Part shown: piece after piece, positions 52,149 to 64,000 of the stretch
How the letters are laid out: each line of letters opens with the position of its first letter
Numbering within the stretch: position 1 is the first letter of the stretch
From: Octopus sinensis
Taxonomy: Eukaryota
Length of the DNA: 64,000 nt
NCBI RefSeq assembly: GCF_006345805.1
Contig: NC_042999.1
Location: 21,948,001-22,012,000, forward strand
Direction of reading: 5' to 3'
Notes under the pieces: generated by a model
Seen by the model: the letters and a program-made list of their open reading frames with translations, nothing else
Databases searched by the model: none
Told to the model about the DNA's origin: nothing
Made by a program: the position numbers and the translations under genes

Positions 52149-53009
52149 GGTATTTCGTCCGACGCTTTATGCTCCAAGTTCAAAATCCAATCTCTTTCGG
52201 ATCAGATAAAATGAAGACCCAGTCAAGTGCTGAGGTCAATAGATTTCAGGTTACTTCCACGCTCCAGGTCTTCCGTATTTCTTATTACTTAAGTGTTATT
52301 GTATGCGTGCTATTGTTTGACAATCGCTGTCTGTTAGAGTTCATCTCTATTTTTGGTTTTGTCTGCCGTTGTTGTCTGTTATTGTCTATTATTGTCTCTC
52401 GGTTATATATTTGCCTGTCGGTTATTGACAGCCTCTTACTGTCTTTCTGTTTCTGTCTCACAGTCGTAGTCTTTGATGACGTCTCTCTTTTATAGTTTTC
52501 TCTCTTATTATCTGCTATTGTTTCTCTGTTCTTGTTTCGGTTTGTTATTTTCTCTATCAATTGTTGTCTTTCTGGTATTGTCTTTCCGTTATTATCCTAT
52601 TATTGTCTCTGTTATAATCTCTATTATTGACTCTTTGCTGTCGACTCTCAGAATCTCTTTCTTACTGACTCTTTCTTATCCTCTTGCTGTTATTAACTCA
52701 CTCTCTCTATGTCTCTAGCAATATCTCTCTGCCTCTTACTGTCTCATTATTGTCTCTCCATTACTGACTCTCTATTATCGCCCCTGTCTGTTATTAACTG
52801 TCCCTTATGGTATTCCTGTTATTATCTCCCCTGTATTGCTTTTTTGTTTGTTTGTTATTCTCTGGCTCTCATTGACTCTGTTGTGTTGCCAGTAATTATT
52901 TATTGTTTTTTTTCTTTAATGTTTATGTCGTAGATGGTATAGGAGATGTGCTATGTATTATATTTTTTGTTGATTTCGTCGCAATAGATATAAATGATTT
53001 TACTTATTT

Positions 53010-53213
53010 TTTTACTTGTTTCAGTCATTATACTGTGGTCATGTGGAGCACCACCTTTAGTCGAGCAAATCGCCCCCAGGACTTATTGTTTGTAAGCCTA
53101 GTACTTATTCTATCGGTCTCTTTTGCCGAACCGCTACGTTACGGGGATGTAAACACACCAGCATCGGTTGTCAAACGATGTTGGAGGGACAAACACAGGC
53201 ACACAAACATACA

Positions 53214-53247
<34 letters not shown>

Positions 53248-53545
53248 AACACAGGCACACACACATATACACACAAACACACACACACATATATACACAC
53301 ACACATATACACACAAACACACACATATGCACACAAGCACATATATACATACACACACACACACACATATATATGCATATACGACGGGCTTCTTTCGGTT
53401 TCCGTCTATCAAATCCACTAACAAGGCTTTGGTCGGCCCGAGGCTATAGTAGAAGACACTTGCCCAAGATGCTACGCAGTGGGACTGAACCCGGAATCAT
53501 GAGGTTGGTAAGCAAGATATTTCCCACACAATCACTCCTGCGCCT
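53010..53545 (-). mobile_element. SINE family B
   Basis: Complete, with expanded (CA)/(TA) interior. Confidence 0.85.
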
Positions 53546-56255
53546 ATATTTTAAAATAATTAGCTCTACCCTATGAAGTTGGAAGGCAATAAAAAAGTAA
53601 AATAGTATGACATTTAAATGTTACGAAAATAAATACTTAAGTTAAAGAAATATATCTTCTACTATAATAATACTCTTGTGTATTTCCCCGTCACAACATA
53701 TGAATGAGAAAGGAAGGGGTGATAGATGAATAAGGAAGGATGGGGTGATAGCAAACACAGCAGTGGGATGATGGATGTTCGACAGCGGAAAAAAAAAACA
53801 AACAGCGTTTCAACTCTGCATGAGTATGTCTGTGTATGTAAAAGGGAGTCATGTGAATGTTTGTCTGTGCGTGTGTGTGTGTATGCAATAGAAGTCTGAT
53901 GATGAACATTCAACGCTGAAAAGAAAAATCGAACGGCGTTTCAACTCTGTGTGAGTATATTTATGAATGTGTGAGCGTGTACAATGGAAGTATGTAAATG
54001 TTTGTATCTGTGATTATTTTGTATTTTATATATAAAATACTACAATTAATCATCATTCTTGACAGCAAGAGACCAGCTAGTTTATATATAAAATGATTAG
54101 TTTGTATATTAAGGGTGCAAATCTTTTGTTGAACATAATTCTGGGTGGGGCAAAAGCAATTGATCACCACTTAAGCTATGACCACTTAAGTACGAAAATC
54201 TCCGAATACTGTTTCCACCTGCTAAAAATAGGAACCAAATCCCGAAAATCATACACATCCATCTTAACTTTTTTAAAAAGGCCAGAGCCGGAATCTATTT
54301 GAAAATACATGTCTAGACGAGGTATTTATGGTCTTAAACTAGACTTAAACTAGAATAGAACTTTATGACCTGGGGTTATATAACTTAAGGACTGCAGATA
54401 AATGCCTCCTAAGATCAGTTACATAATATTATAAATACATATATATAGAGAGTGAGAGGTAGAGAGAGAAGTGGAGAGAGAGCGAGGTGGAGAGAGAGAG
54501 AAGTGGAGAGAGAGAGAGGTGGGGAGAGAAATGTATGTGTTGTATTTTTTTTTGCCGAATGCGGATACCTAAATTAATGCAGTAATTATCTAGAATAGGA
54601 CATATCAAAGGCAGGTATTAAGCAGGTATTATAAACATACAAAAATACATTATAAGTACATAACGACCGACAATCTCCAACCGCTAAAAACACGACCGAA
54701 CAACACGGAAAAACAGGAAACAAACAAAACCACGCAGAATTGATAATAAGAATGAATAAATGGATAAAATAAAACCAGGTAGCAATTTGCAAAGAGGTGG
54801 TAGAGAGGATGAAAGAAAAATGTATTGAATCTGAAAACTTCGTGTCAAAAGAGAAGACGAGGAATCTCACACATAAAAATAGACAGCTACGTAAAACATA
54901 AAATAATTCAGCTATCAAACTGACATGTAACAGGCATTAATGATTTCAATGCTTGAAAAAGAAATGTAATTAAGATATTGGGAATAATATAAAAGAAAGC
55001 AAGATAAATCTTTGGAGACATAAAAAAAAGAATAATAATAATGTCAGAGAACTGACTTTTAACAGTACCAGTGTAACTATGTCAATGACCAGCAAACAGA
55101 AGTGCGAAGAAAGTAACACTTCTTAGTGTAATCTCTTGATAAATAGACAAACATGACTTAAACTGAATTTCTGTGTTTCTATTAAAGTGACAAAAACGGT
55201 CCTTCGACGATTTAATTGGTTTAGGTTTTACATACGTTGGCAGATAAAGTTACTTTTCGAGATATAAAGATATAAATGCATGTAGATTTATAAATAAATG
55301 TGTGTATGTATCAATACATAAATATACCAATATGTTTCAGGCGTGGCTGTGTGGTAAGTATGCCGGACCGCTAAGTTACGATAATGAAAACAAACCAACA
55401 CCGGTTTTTCAACGAGTGGTTGGAAACAAACACAAAGACACACATGCGTGTAAAATATATACACATACATACATACACACACATACACACATATATATAT
55501 ATATATACATACACACACATACCAACACACACATATACAAACATATACACATATGCATATATGTAAACATACATACGCAGATTCACACATACATACGCAG
55601 AGATTCACACACATATATAGACACACACAAACACATACATATATATATATGTTTGCATAAATGTCCATATATATATATATGTGTGTGTGTGTGTTTGTGT
55701 GTTTGCATGTATATATATGTGTGTGTGTGTGCATAGATGTTCATATATATATGTGTGTTTGCATGTATATGCATATATATATTTATGTTTGCATATATGT
55801 GCATATATATATTTATGTTTGCATATAAGTGCATATGTATATATCTATCTATATAATATGCAATGTACATAGTATAGGTGTATATAACATTCTCACAAGT
55901 CTGCAACTGAAAGCTAAACATATTGCAAAACAATACAATAAACTTAATATATTACGCTCAGAGTAAATTTACATGAAATGTGTATGACAGAATTTAAAAT
56001 AAGATTATCCAGAAATCACGAAATATTTCTATGAATTCGTTGCTGAAGATGATAAGAGCTTCCTTATCATCAGAGTTCCTGAAATATATACATGAGCATA
56101 ACGTACAATATATGCAAAAATACATAGGCACATGACTTATGTATAAATAAATGTTTAAAATTTTTATCTTTTACTAGTTTTAGTCATTGGACAGCAGCCA
56201 TTATTGGACGCTGCTTTTAGGTGTTTAGTCATGCAAAACACGTAATGTTCGGCGT

Positions 56256-56430
56256 ACTGTTCGGAGTAAATGGTCTGATCTCAGTCACTTATAAGCCTCT
56301 GAAACTGGGTAACCACCCGTATAGTACTAGGGGTTAAGGAAAAGAAAGACGAGTGTACCAGTCTACTGCGCAGTCGATTGTCTCGCGACAGATCTAACAT
56401 GAAGTTATCGATAATCACGTGTTCGATCTC
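56256..56430. repeat. Unclassified ~185-bp dispersed repeat, copy 2
   Basis: Aligns to 50440-50630. Confidence 0.8.
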
Positions 56431-56584
56431 CCAGTATTTAGTTTGAAATGTGGAACTTATTTTATCGGTCATTTTTGTGAAACACTGGGGGGTAATAACT
56501 CGCTGGTGTTTCATACTGTAATTTCCCTTATAGGGATGAAAACAAACCAACATTGGTTTTCAAAGACACATATACACACGAATA

Positions 56585-56905
56585 CATGTACTGTGGCACT
56601 TTGTCGGTTACGATGACGAGGGTTCCAGTTGATCCGATCAACGAAACAACCCGCTCGTAAAAATAACTAGTAAGTGGATGAGTATCCCACAGACATGACT
56701 GCCCTTAAATCACCAGAAGATTCAGCCATTCACAGAGGGAGACAAAGCTGGCCCTTTGAAAAAACATGTACAACTCATTTTTGCAGGTTGAATGAACTGG
56801 AGCAACGTGAAAATAGCGCCTTGCTCAAGGAATGAACGCACAGCTGGATATCGAACTCTCGACCTTTCGATCGTGGGATGAATAACTAACCACCGAGCAA
56901 CGTAC
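56585..56905 (-). mobile_element. SINE family D head/core with the type-ii tail
   Basis: Core cttgagcaaggcgctattttcacgttgctccagttcattcaac, then a tail homologous to 13060-13250. Confidence 0.65.
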
Positions 56906-57162
56906 CTCCATGCATACATATACATCCATATACATCTATAAGCATGTATGCTTACTCGAGGAGCTTCTGCACAGTTTCCGTCTACCAAATTCACAAACAA
57001 TACTCTGATTGGTGCAGAGCTATAATAGAGGTCCTGCACAGTGGGACTTATGTTGTTGTCAAGCGAACCTATAAAAAAATAGGAGGGCTTCACTAATTTT
57101 TGTGTCATCTTTGCGCATAAATATATTTCATATAGTTATTGAAAAAAATAGCCGCAAGTCTA

Positions 57163-57531
57163 TCTCTATATATATAAACGGCAAAATGTCTGTCTGTGTG
57201 TGTGTGTCTTTTATACAAATCCACAATTTTTCAGTTAGAGAGCTCACACTTTCTATGGTCATTCAAAACCGTCCAAGGGTGGTCGTGTACATCTTTACAT
57301 TTCCCCAGTCACCCCTCAAACCCATTAAAAAATCAATAGAAATGCCTTTTTGTGAATTTTCTTTCTAAAACCCAATCAAAATGCCCGAAACTTGATAGGC
57401 CAATTGAATGCCAGTTAGCTGTATGTGATTGGTCGGATATTTGGACAGTACTCGCATGTATGTGCGCACGCACGCAGCTGTATATGCATGCACTAGCACT
57501 ATGACCCGGCGTTGCTGGATCATATTGCTAG
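57163..57531 (+). mobile_element. Non-autonomous Helitron (second family)
   Basis: 5' A|TCtctatatatataaacggc, hairpin tgacccggcgttgctggatca, 3' CTAG|T. Confidence 0.8.
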
Positions 57532-59226
57532 TAATATATAATTGTCTGAACATTTAGTTCCTAATCGCTTTCGATTAGAAAGTCTTGAATAATTTTTGAA
57601 GATCTTTCTTCCTATTCCATTACGTTTCAATATTACTTTTGATTTCTCCTTCGTTAACTTTGTCAAATGATTTCGAGCAACTCCTGTATTGGTGGCCAAT
57701 CTGCCGGAGCTGGTGTTCAATAGTATTGGTCAGAGATATGGCCTGATAATCGCATGATCTTTAGAAACCTTGTTAGATATCTCGTAATAGAGAGAACAAA
57801 ATGGTATTCTTGATGCTATGCCTTGAAATTACGGTATGAAACACCAGTGAGTTATTACTTTTCAATGTTTATATAATGTTTGCAGCTAGCTTTAGTTATC
57901 GGGGTTTCAAATTCAAAGAAATTAACAGTTATTTCTCGTCCTCAGATAGAGAAATACGGCTTATTGAAATCTGTTGGCTGATTTGACATATTGAAATCAA
58001 AAAGATGAATATCTGACTGCGAAATCTTTTCACTGTTCATAGCAGTAATAAAGGATTGGATTTTTCTTATATCTGATCAACTGGACCTCTACCAAATTAT
58101 TTTTCAGAATCATAAACGAAACTCTCCGGGAATATGAATGATTTTATCACCTCTTTTGAATAACTTCACGGTGAAATTATTCTCTCTATATATCGTCTAA
58201 CTCATTTCAGAGAGAAACTTACCTATTGCAATATGAACTGATCTTATCGCCCTCTTTTGAACAGCCACACCAAATGAGCATTTTCCATATTAATTTTTAC
58301 CTCTATTTTCGAGAAAGACATAACCTACAGATCAAGTTGGAAATATGTAGCAGTTGTAATATTTACTCATAACAAAGAATACGGTTTTCATGTGAACGAT
58401 TTTCTAAGCAACATTTTTCTCTAGAATATTCTACATTTATACACCAACAAGAATAGAATATTATACAATAATTTACTGGTTCTCAGAGCAATAGTAAAGC
58501 AATTTCAATGAGGTCATTTCTGTGTTGAAAAGATTTACTATAACCCAAATGTGTGCGAAATTTTGTCTTTCGTATTTGCTGAAATAATTAAAAATAATAT
58601 TATTAAAAGTAATAATATTAGAATTAATACCATTAAAAATGGACGCAAGTTCTCACGTGTATTTCAGGTTTCTTTTTCAGACATCATTCTTTTTCTTTTT
58701 TTTATTTCGACAGCATTAAAACCACACAGAGCAGCGGGCTTGAACTCAGAGACATGCCACCCACGGTCGTTTTAACAACGCTATAATTTCCGAGCAAAAC
58801 ATATCCTAAGATCATTATAAAGAAAACCTTAGCGTACATAAGTTTGCATTGGATCGCTAAAGCACATGGGGTCCCACAGGCAAGTGCCCAGTGTGCCATG
58901 CCTTAGGGCTGCCCACGTCCCAAAACTAACTATCCCGTTATTATTGCTTTTTAAATTACTTTTTGTATGAAGTATTATATTACCCCACGTTTTCTTTCTT
59001 TCTGAAAGTAGTATGTGATTTCCAGATTTGGCTGCTATTTATAGCAGCTCGAGAAACGACATTATACATTACTTCATTAACACATACGTTCTTGTAAAAT
59101 CAATTCTCACAGTTGAAAGGGTTCGCATCATGTCACGTTCCCAGAGACTAATTCGTTCCTTGTTCCTAAAGAAATTCCTTGAAAATTATCCAATCTGCTA
59201 CCTGCAAACTGAAATTCAACAATTAG

Positions 59227-60058
59227 GCGCAGGAGTGGTTGTGTGGTAAGTAGCTTGCTTAGGAACCACATGGTTCCGGGTTCATTCCCACTGCGTGGCA
59301 CCTTGGGCAAGTGTCTTTTACTATAGCCTCGGGCCGACCAAAACCGTGTGAGTAGATTTAGTAGACAGAAACGGAAAGAAGCCCGTCGTATATATGTCTA
59401 TATATGTATGTTTGTGTATATGTTTGTGTGTCTGCATTTGTCCCCCAACATCGCTTGACAACCGATGCTGGTGTGTTTACGTCCACGTAACTTAGCGGTT
59501 CGCCATGGTCCCGGGTTGATTCCCACTGCGTGGAATCTTGAGCAAGTGTCTTCTACTATGGCCTCGGGCCGACCAAAGCCTTGTGAGTGGATTTAGTAGA
59601 CGGAAGCTGAAAGAAGCCCGTCGTATATATCCTCTGTCTTCCCTTCTCTGGATCTTTCCTTCTCCTAAGTTTCCGACGAAGAGCTCCGCTCGAAACGTTA
59701 AACCCTCCTTCTTTCCTGAGTGTCCAATAATACTATATTTGTTCCACGTCCTCGCGTTGTTGTGTTTTTTTTGTGCTTTCTTGTTTGGATTAACTTTATA
59801 TATATATATATACATATATACATATATATGTATGTATGTGTATATATATGTTTGTGTCTGTGTTTGTCCCCCCATCATCGCTTGACAACCGATGCTGGTG
59901 TGTTTACGTCCCCATAACTTAGCGGTTCGGCAAAAGATACCGATAGAATAAGTACTAGTCTTTCTAAGAATAAGTCCTGGGGTCATATGCTCGACTAAAG
60001 GCGGTGCTCCAGTATGGCCACAGTCAAATGACTGAAACAAGTAAAAGAGTAAAAGAAT
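59227..60058 (+). mobile_element. Two SINE family B copies in tandem; the second is interrupted by a PLE-type repeat
   Basis: Heads at 59227 and about 59505. Confidence 0.85.
59630..59800 (+). mobile_element. Short hammerhead-bearing PLE-type repeat inserted in the (TA)n tract of a SINE
   Basis: Motif at 59669-59703: GUUU CCGACGA A GAGC-ucc-GCUC GAA ACGU U AAAC (U4 changed to C). It interrupts the SINE at 59500-60058. Confidence 0.6.
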
Positions 60059-60490
60059 TCTTATCCTCCTCTATTCGACGCTACACATTTGGCAAAAACG
60101 AACACGAATTGTAGTTTTCTGCATTGTAAATTTTTGAGTAATTATTTAGCTTAAACTGCTGCACTAAAATCATGTCAGGCGATAGACGGGCGCCGTATGC
60201 AGGATGGAGAAATGTTTCAGTCATTTAGCCACCTTAAAATCGGGTATAAATTCCAGCAGATCACAAACACTCCCGGTAATGGCGATTGAATAAAATAGAG
60301 AAAGGAAGACAGATGGTATACGATCGCTTTGATGCTATACTATGTTAAATGTATATTAACTACATAGCTGCTTGATTTATTGACTCTGAATAAGTAGCCG
60401 GTCGCTTAATACTTAAATGGTTACATACATATTGGAATGGATTTCGAAGTAAAAACATGATCAAACGAAATAACAGCCACAATAACAACC

Positions 60491-60493
<3 letters not shown>

Positions 60494-60554
<61 letters not shown>

Positions 60555-60580
60555 CAACAACAACAATAATAATAATGGCA
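60494..60580. repeat. (AAT)/(AAC) microsatellite
   Basis: Seen directly. Confidence 0.95.
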
Positions 60581-61134
60581 ACAACACCAACACTAATATA
60601 AAAATTATTTTAAAAGGAATCATAACTGAGAACGTAACGTTAGGAGATTTGTCTTTGAATCACATTTTGAGACAGTTTGTTTTGAAGTCCTCCAAATAGA
60701 GCGATTAAATTGGAAAATGTCTGTTATAAAGCAGGTAAATGGTTGAAAAATTGCTTCTCAGTATCAACAGACAAACACAGCAAGAGAGAGAGAGAGAGAG
60801 AAGGACAGAGGGAAAGAATGAAAAATGGAAAGAAAAGTGAGCGGCCAAAGCAAAACTTGGTGATTAATGTTTAAATAAAAAGTAAGCTTTAAATAAGGAA
60901 TATAATACACGACAAAGAAGAACAACAACGATATCAAGAACATGACGGAGACAATAAATAACGAAACGAACAATAAGAATGAGCAGGAAGAATATATAAA
61001 TAAATAGAAAAGTAAAGGATTCAAAGAACATGATAACAAAAAAACAAAATGAAGACGGTGGTGAAGTTGATCATTAAAAAAAAAGTGCTTTTTGTTTGGC
61101 AGCCTAGTCAGATAGCTCACTTTACAAAAAAAAA

Positions 61135-61169
<35 letters not shown>

Positions 61170-61665
61170 TAATACAGGTATATAACAAAGCTAGTTGACA
61201 CAAAACTTTATTTGTTGGTACATTTAAGAAGAAACGAATAAGTTCATATGAAACGATACGCTTTCTTCGGAAAAAAATATTACGCGTGGTAACGACGTAA
61301 ACAACACCGTAATGGTACATTATATGTCGTTTATTATAAATAGAGAGAAAAAGTTATAGAAACAAAAGAAATTGTTTGATAGACGTGCAAGTCCCCCGGT
61401 GTTGCTTTGTAACCGCTTGTGAACGCCACATAATGCATAAATGATCAATAATGGCGTGTATTTGAAAATACAGTACAATGGATCGTTGAGCTTTATATGC
61501 AGCACAGTTTCATGAAGGATAATAAACAAGTGTTCTGGGAACTTCAGAGAATACATTCTTGTTTTTAATTCAGATGACATTTTAAATTGTAACACAAACA
61601 CATGCAGATTTCATTTCAATAAATTTATGCACACATAGACATACATATATATACACTCGCATACA

Positions 61666-61700
<35 letters not shown>

Positions 61701-61705
<5 letters not shown>

Positions 61706-62184
61706 TTTTCTTCTTTCTTTTCTTTTACTTGTTTCAGTCATTTGACTGCGGCCATGCTGGAGCACCGCCTTTAGTCGAGCAAATCGACCCCGGGACTAAT
61801 TCTTTGTAAGCCTAGTACTTATTCTATCGGTCTCTTTTTGCCGAACCGCTAAGTGACGGGGACGTAAACACGCCAGCATCGGTTGTCAAGCAATGCTGGG
61901 GGGGACAAACAGACACACAAACACACACACATACATATATATATATTATATATATATATATACATATATTTTCTTCTTTCTTTTCTTTTACTTGTTTCAG
62001 TCATTTGACTGCGGCCATGCTGGAGCACCGCCTTTAGTCGAGCAAATCGACCCCGGGACTAATTCTTTGTAAGCCCAGTACTTATTCTATCGGTCTCTTT
62101 TTGCCGAACCGCTAAGTGACGGGGACGTAAACACGCCAGCATCGGTTGTCAAGCAAACATGGGGGGGGACAAACAGACACACAA

Positions 62185-62235
<51 letters not shown>

Positions 62236-62399
62236 TACGACAGGCTTCTTTCAGCTTCCGTCTACCAAATCCACTCAAGGCTTTGGTCCGCTCAAGACTA
62301 TAGTAGAAGACACCTGCCCAAGGTGCCACACAATGGGACTGAACCCAGAACAATGTGGCTGGTAAGCAAGCTACTTACCACACAACCACTCCTGCGCCT
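61701..62399 (-). mobile_element. SINE family B with 263-bp tandem duplication of its 3' half
   Basis: Units start at 61701 and 61964 and share private variants (gggactaattc, gtgacggg, acacgccagc). Confidence 0.85.
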
Positions 62400-62560
62400 A
62401 TTAATGTTTGTTTTTCCGTTATAATTAAATGTAAAACAAATTTACATTAAACTAAATAATTACTCAATACTTTTGGCAGATTTTTATCCTTTAACAAGAA
62501 TAGTACTGACAGTGACTTCGAAGTTTCGGCCAGGTAAGCCATCAACAGGCTTCAATTCAT
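62400..62560 (-). mobile_element. PLE pLTR-like fragment with degenerate hammerhead-like motif (62548-62508)
   Basis: CUGUUGA U GGC-uuaccug-GCC GAA ACUUCGAAGU C. Stem I does not pair; same family as the 4.8-kb copy. Confidence 0.45.
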
Positions 62561-62924
62561 ATTGGTTTTGTATAGTTTCTTTTAAGTTAAAATTTAGGGC
62601 GGTAAGCTGAGATCTGTTGAATGATGTTTAGATTGTATGGTAGGCTTTGACGGAAAGGTCTGATGGAGAATTTTATTGATTAAATTTGTGATTGTGTTAT
62701 TGTTCAGAATTTATTTGCGCATGTGGAACTTTCTAATCCATTGTGTCTATTTTGGTGTGTCATCTTCAGGTCATAGGAGTTTCAAGTAGGTGGAACGAGT
62801 ATGTTTGTGAGCATACATGTCACTAGGTTTAGTGGTCATTGTTGGTTTTATTTGTATACCGGTGGGAGATTTAACCTTTTGTTTCGAGAATGGGAAATAT
62901 ATACATATTTGATCTCGTTCTATG

Positions 62925-63340
62925 GTGGCGAGCTGACAGAAGCGTTAGCACGCCAGGCGAAATGCTTAGCGGTATTTCGTCTGCTGTTACGTTCTGAATT
63001 CAACTTCAGCCGAGGTCGTATTTGCCTTTCCTCCTTTCGGGGTCGATAAATTAAGTACCAGTTACGCACAGGGGTCGTTGTAATCGACTTAATCCCTTTG
63101 TCCTTGTTGGTCCCCTCTATGTTTAGACCCTTGTGGGCAATAAAGAAATAAGTATCGTTAGCAAGCTAGCTGACATACTTAGCGGTATTTCGCCCGTCGC
63201 TACGTCCCGAGTTCGAATTCTCCTGGGGTCAAATTTGCCTTTCATCTTTTCGTAGGTCGATGAAATATGTAACAGTGAAACACAGGGGTCCCTGCCTCCC
63301 CAACATTATTTCAGGCCTTGTTCCTATCGTAGAAAAGATT
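62925..63340 (+). mobile_element. SINE family A dimer
   Basis: Head tggcgagctgacagaagcgttagcacgcc, followed by a second diverged copy. Confidence 0.75.
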
Positions 63341-63350
63341 ATTTACTTAC

Positions 63351-63406
63351 GTCCTCGAGATCGGTTTCCTCGATCGACTGTAGCATTCCTTTACAAATGC
63401 AGAACC
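63351..63406 (-). CDS. Candidate 56-nt upstream exon (MLQSIEETDLED from ATG 63386), possibly of FAM167
   Basis: Acceptor cctgttcag|g at 63407 and strong donor gac|gtaagta at 63350. ATG to donor is exactly 12 codons (phase 0) and the frame is open across the whole exon. No homology recognised. Confidence 0.3.
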
Positions 63407-64000
63407 CTGAACAGGTGTCAGAACACAGTATTATATAATTAAAACCCAACCTAACAATTATCAACGTAGATCAAGAAATGAAAAGAATTAGAAAATAAAT
63501 CCAAAATTGCTACGTTGCTAATAAAATATACATATCTAATTAATATTGGATCTACTCAAAGAAACCGATGACTTAATAGCAACATTTTTTATCTTTAGTA
63601 TGGTTAAGTAAATAGACCCATATATTTACCGAAGGAAAGTCTTGTTGACTGAATACAGGTCGTCCTTCCCAAACAGGCTGACGGAGCAAGAGAACATATG
63701 TCGCTAAATAGATTTGTTAGTCAAACAAAGTACCGGTATCTTTGAATCAAAAATGTGAAATATTTCATTCAAAATGTTAAATTTCTATTCACAAGAAATT
63801 GTAAAATGTCAAACGGAATTCACAAAACCTCGCAAGTAAAAACAAAATGATACACAAATAATTGGTTTCTGACTCGAGCTTAAGATTAAAAATTTAGAGA
63901 ATGACATGAAGGTGTGTGACAGACATTTTATTCTTTGTAGCTTTAATGGTAAATGTAAATGGTTTGCAGATTAGAAATGTTATTCACTGAAAGCTTAACT

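Noticed and set aside
60360-60699. Poly-L and poly-N ORFs
   Set aside because: (AAT)n microsatellite.

Overview
AT-rich, microsatellite-dense eukaryotic genomic DNA. The SINE families look like octopus/cephalopod repeats (my recognition, not a database result). One host gene is well supported: a minus-strand FAM167-family gene with two visible coding exons (42958-42263 and 27718-27464) joined across a 14,544-bp GT-AG phase-0 intron. The frame of the first exon stays open 91 codons upstream of its first ATG, and a candidate upstream exon lies at 63406-63351. A 142-codon orphan ORF (12676-12248, minus) may be a second gene. The rest is mostly transposon debris: at least four tRNA-derived SINE families, RTE and CR1/L2-group LINE fragments, a Penelope-like element with a C-terminal GIY-YIG domain, an L1/Tx1-type ORF1-only (HAL1-like) element with a diverged second copy, non-autonomous Helitrons, mariner/Tc1 remnants and MITEs. 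Structure missed by the ORF track includes: about nine minimal type-I hammerhead-like motifs with palindromic stem III (one near-canonical, one with a U3:A8 compensatory core); a LINE/SINE pair sharing a 3' tail with a covarying hairpin; a filled/empty site pair showing one SINE inserting into its own family at GGT^A; and SINE tail-swapping. Most short ORFs in the track are microsatellite or SINE artefacts.
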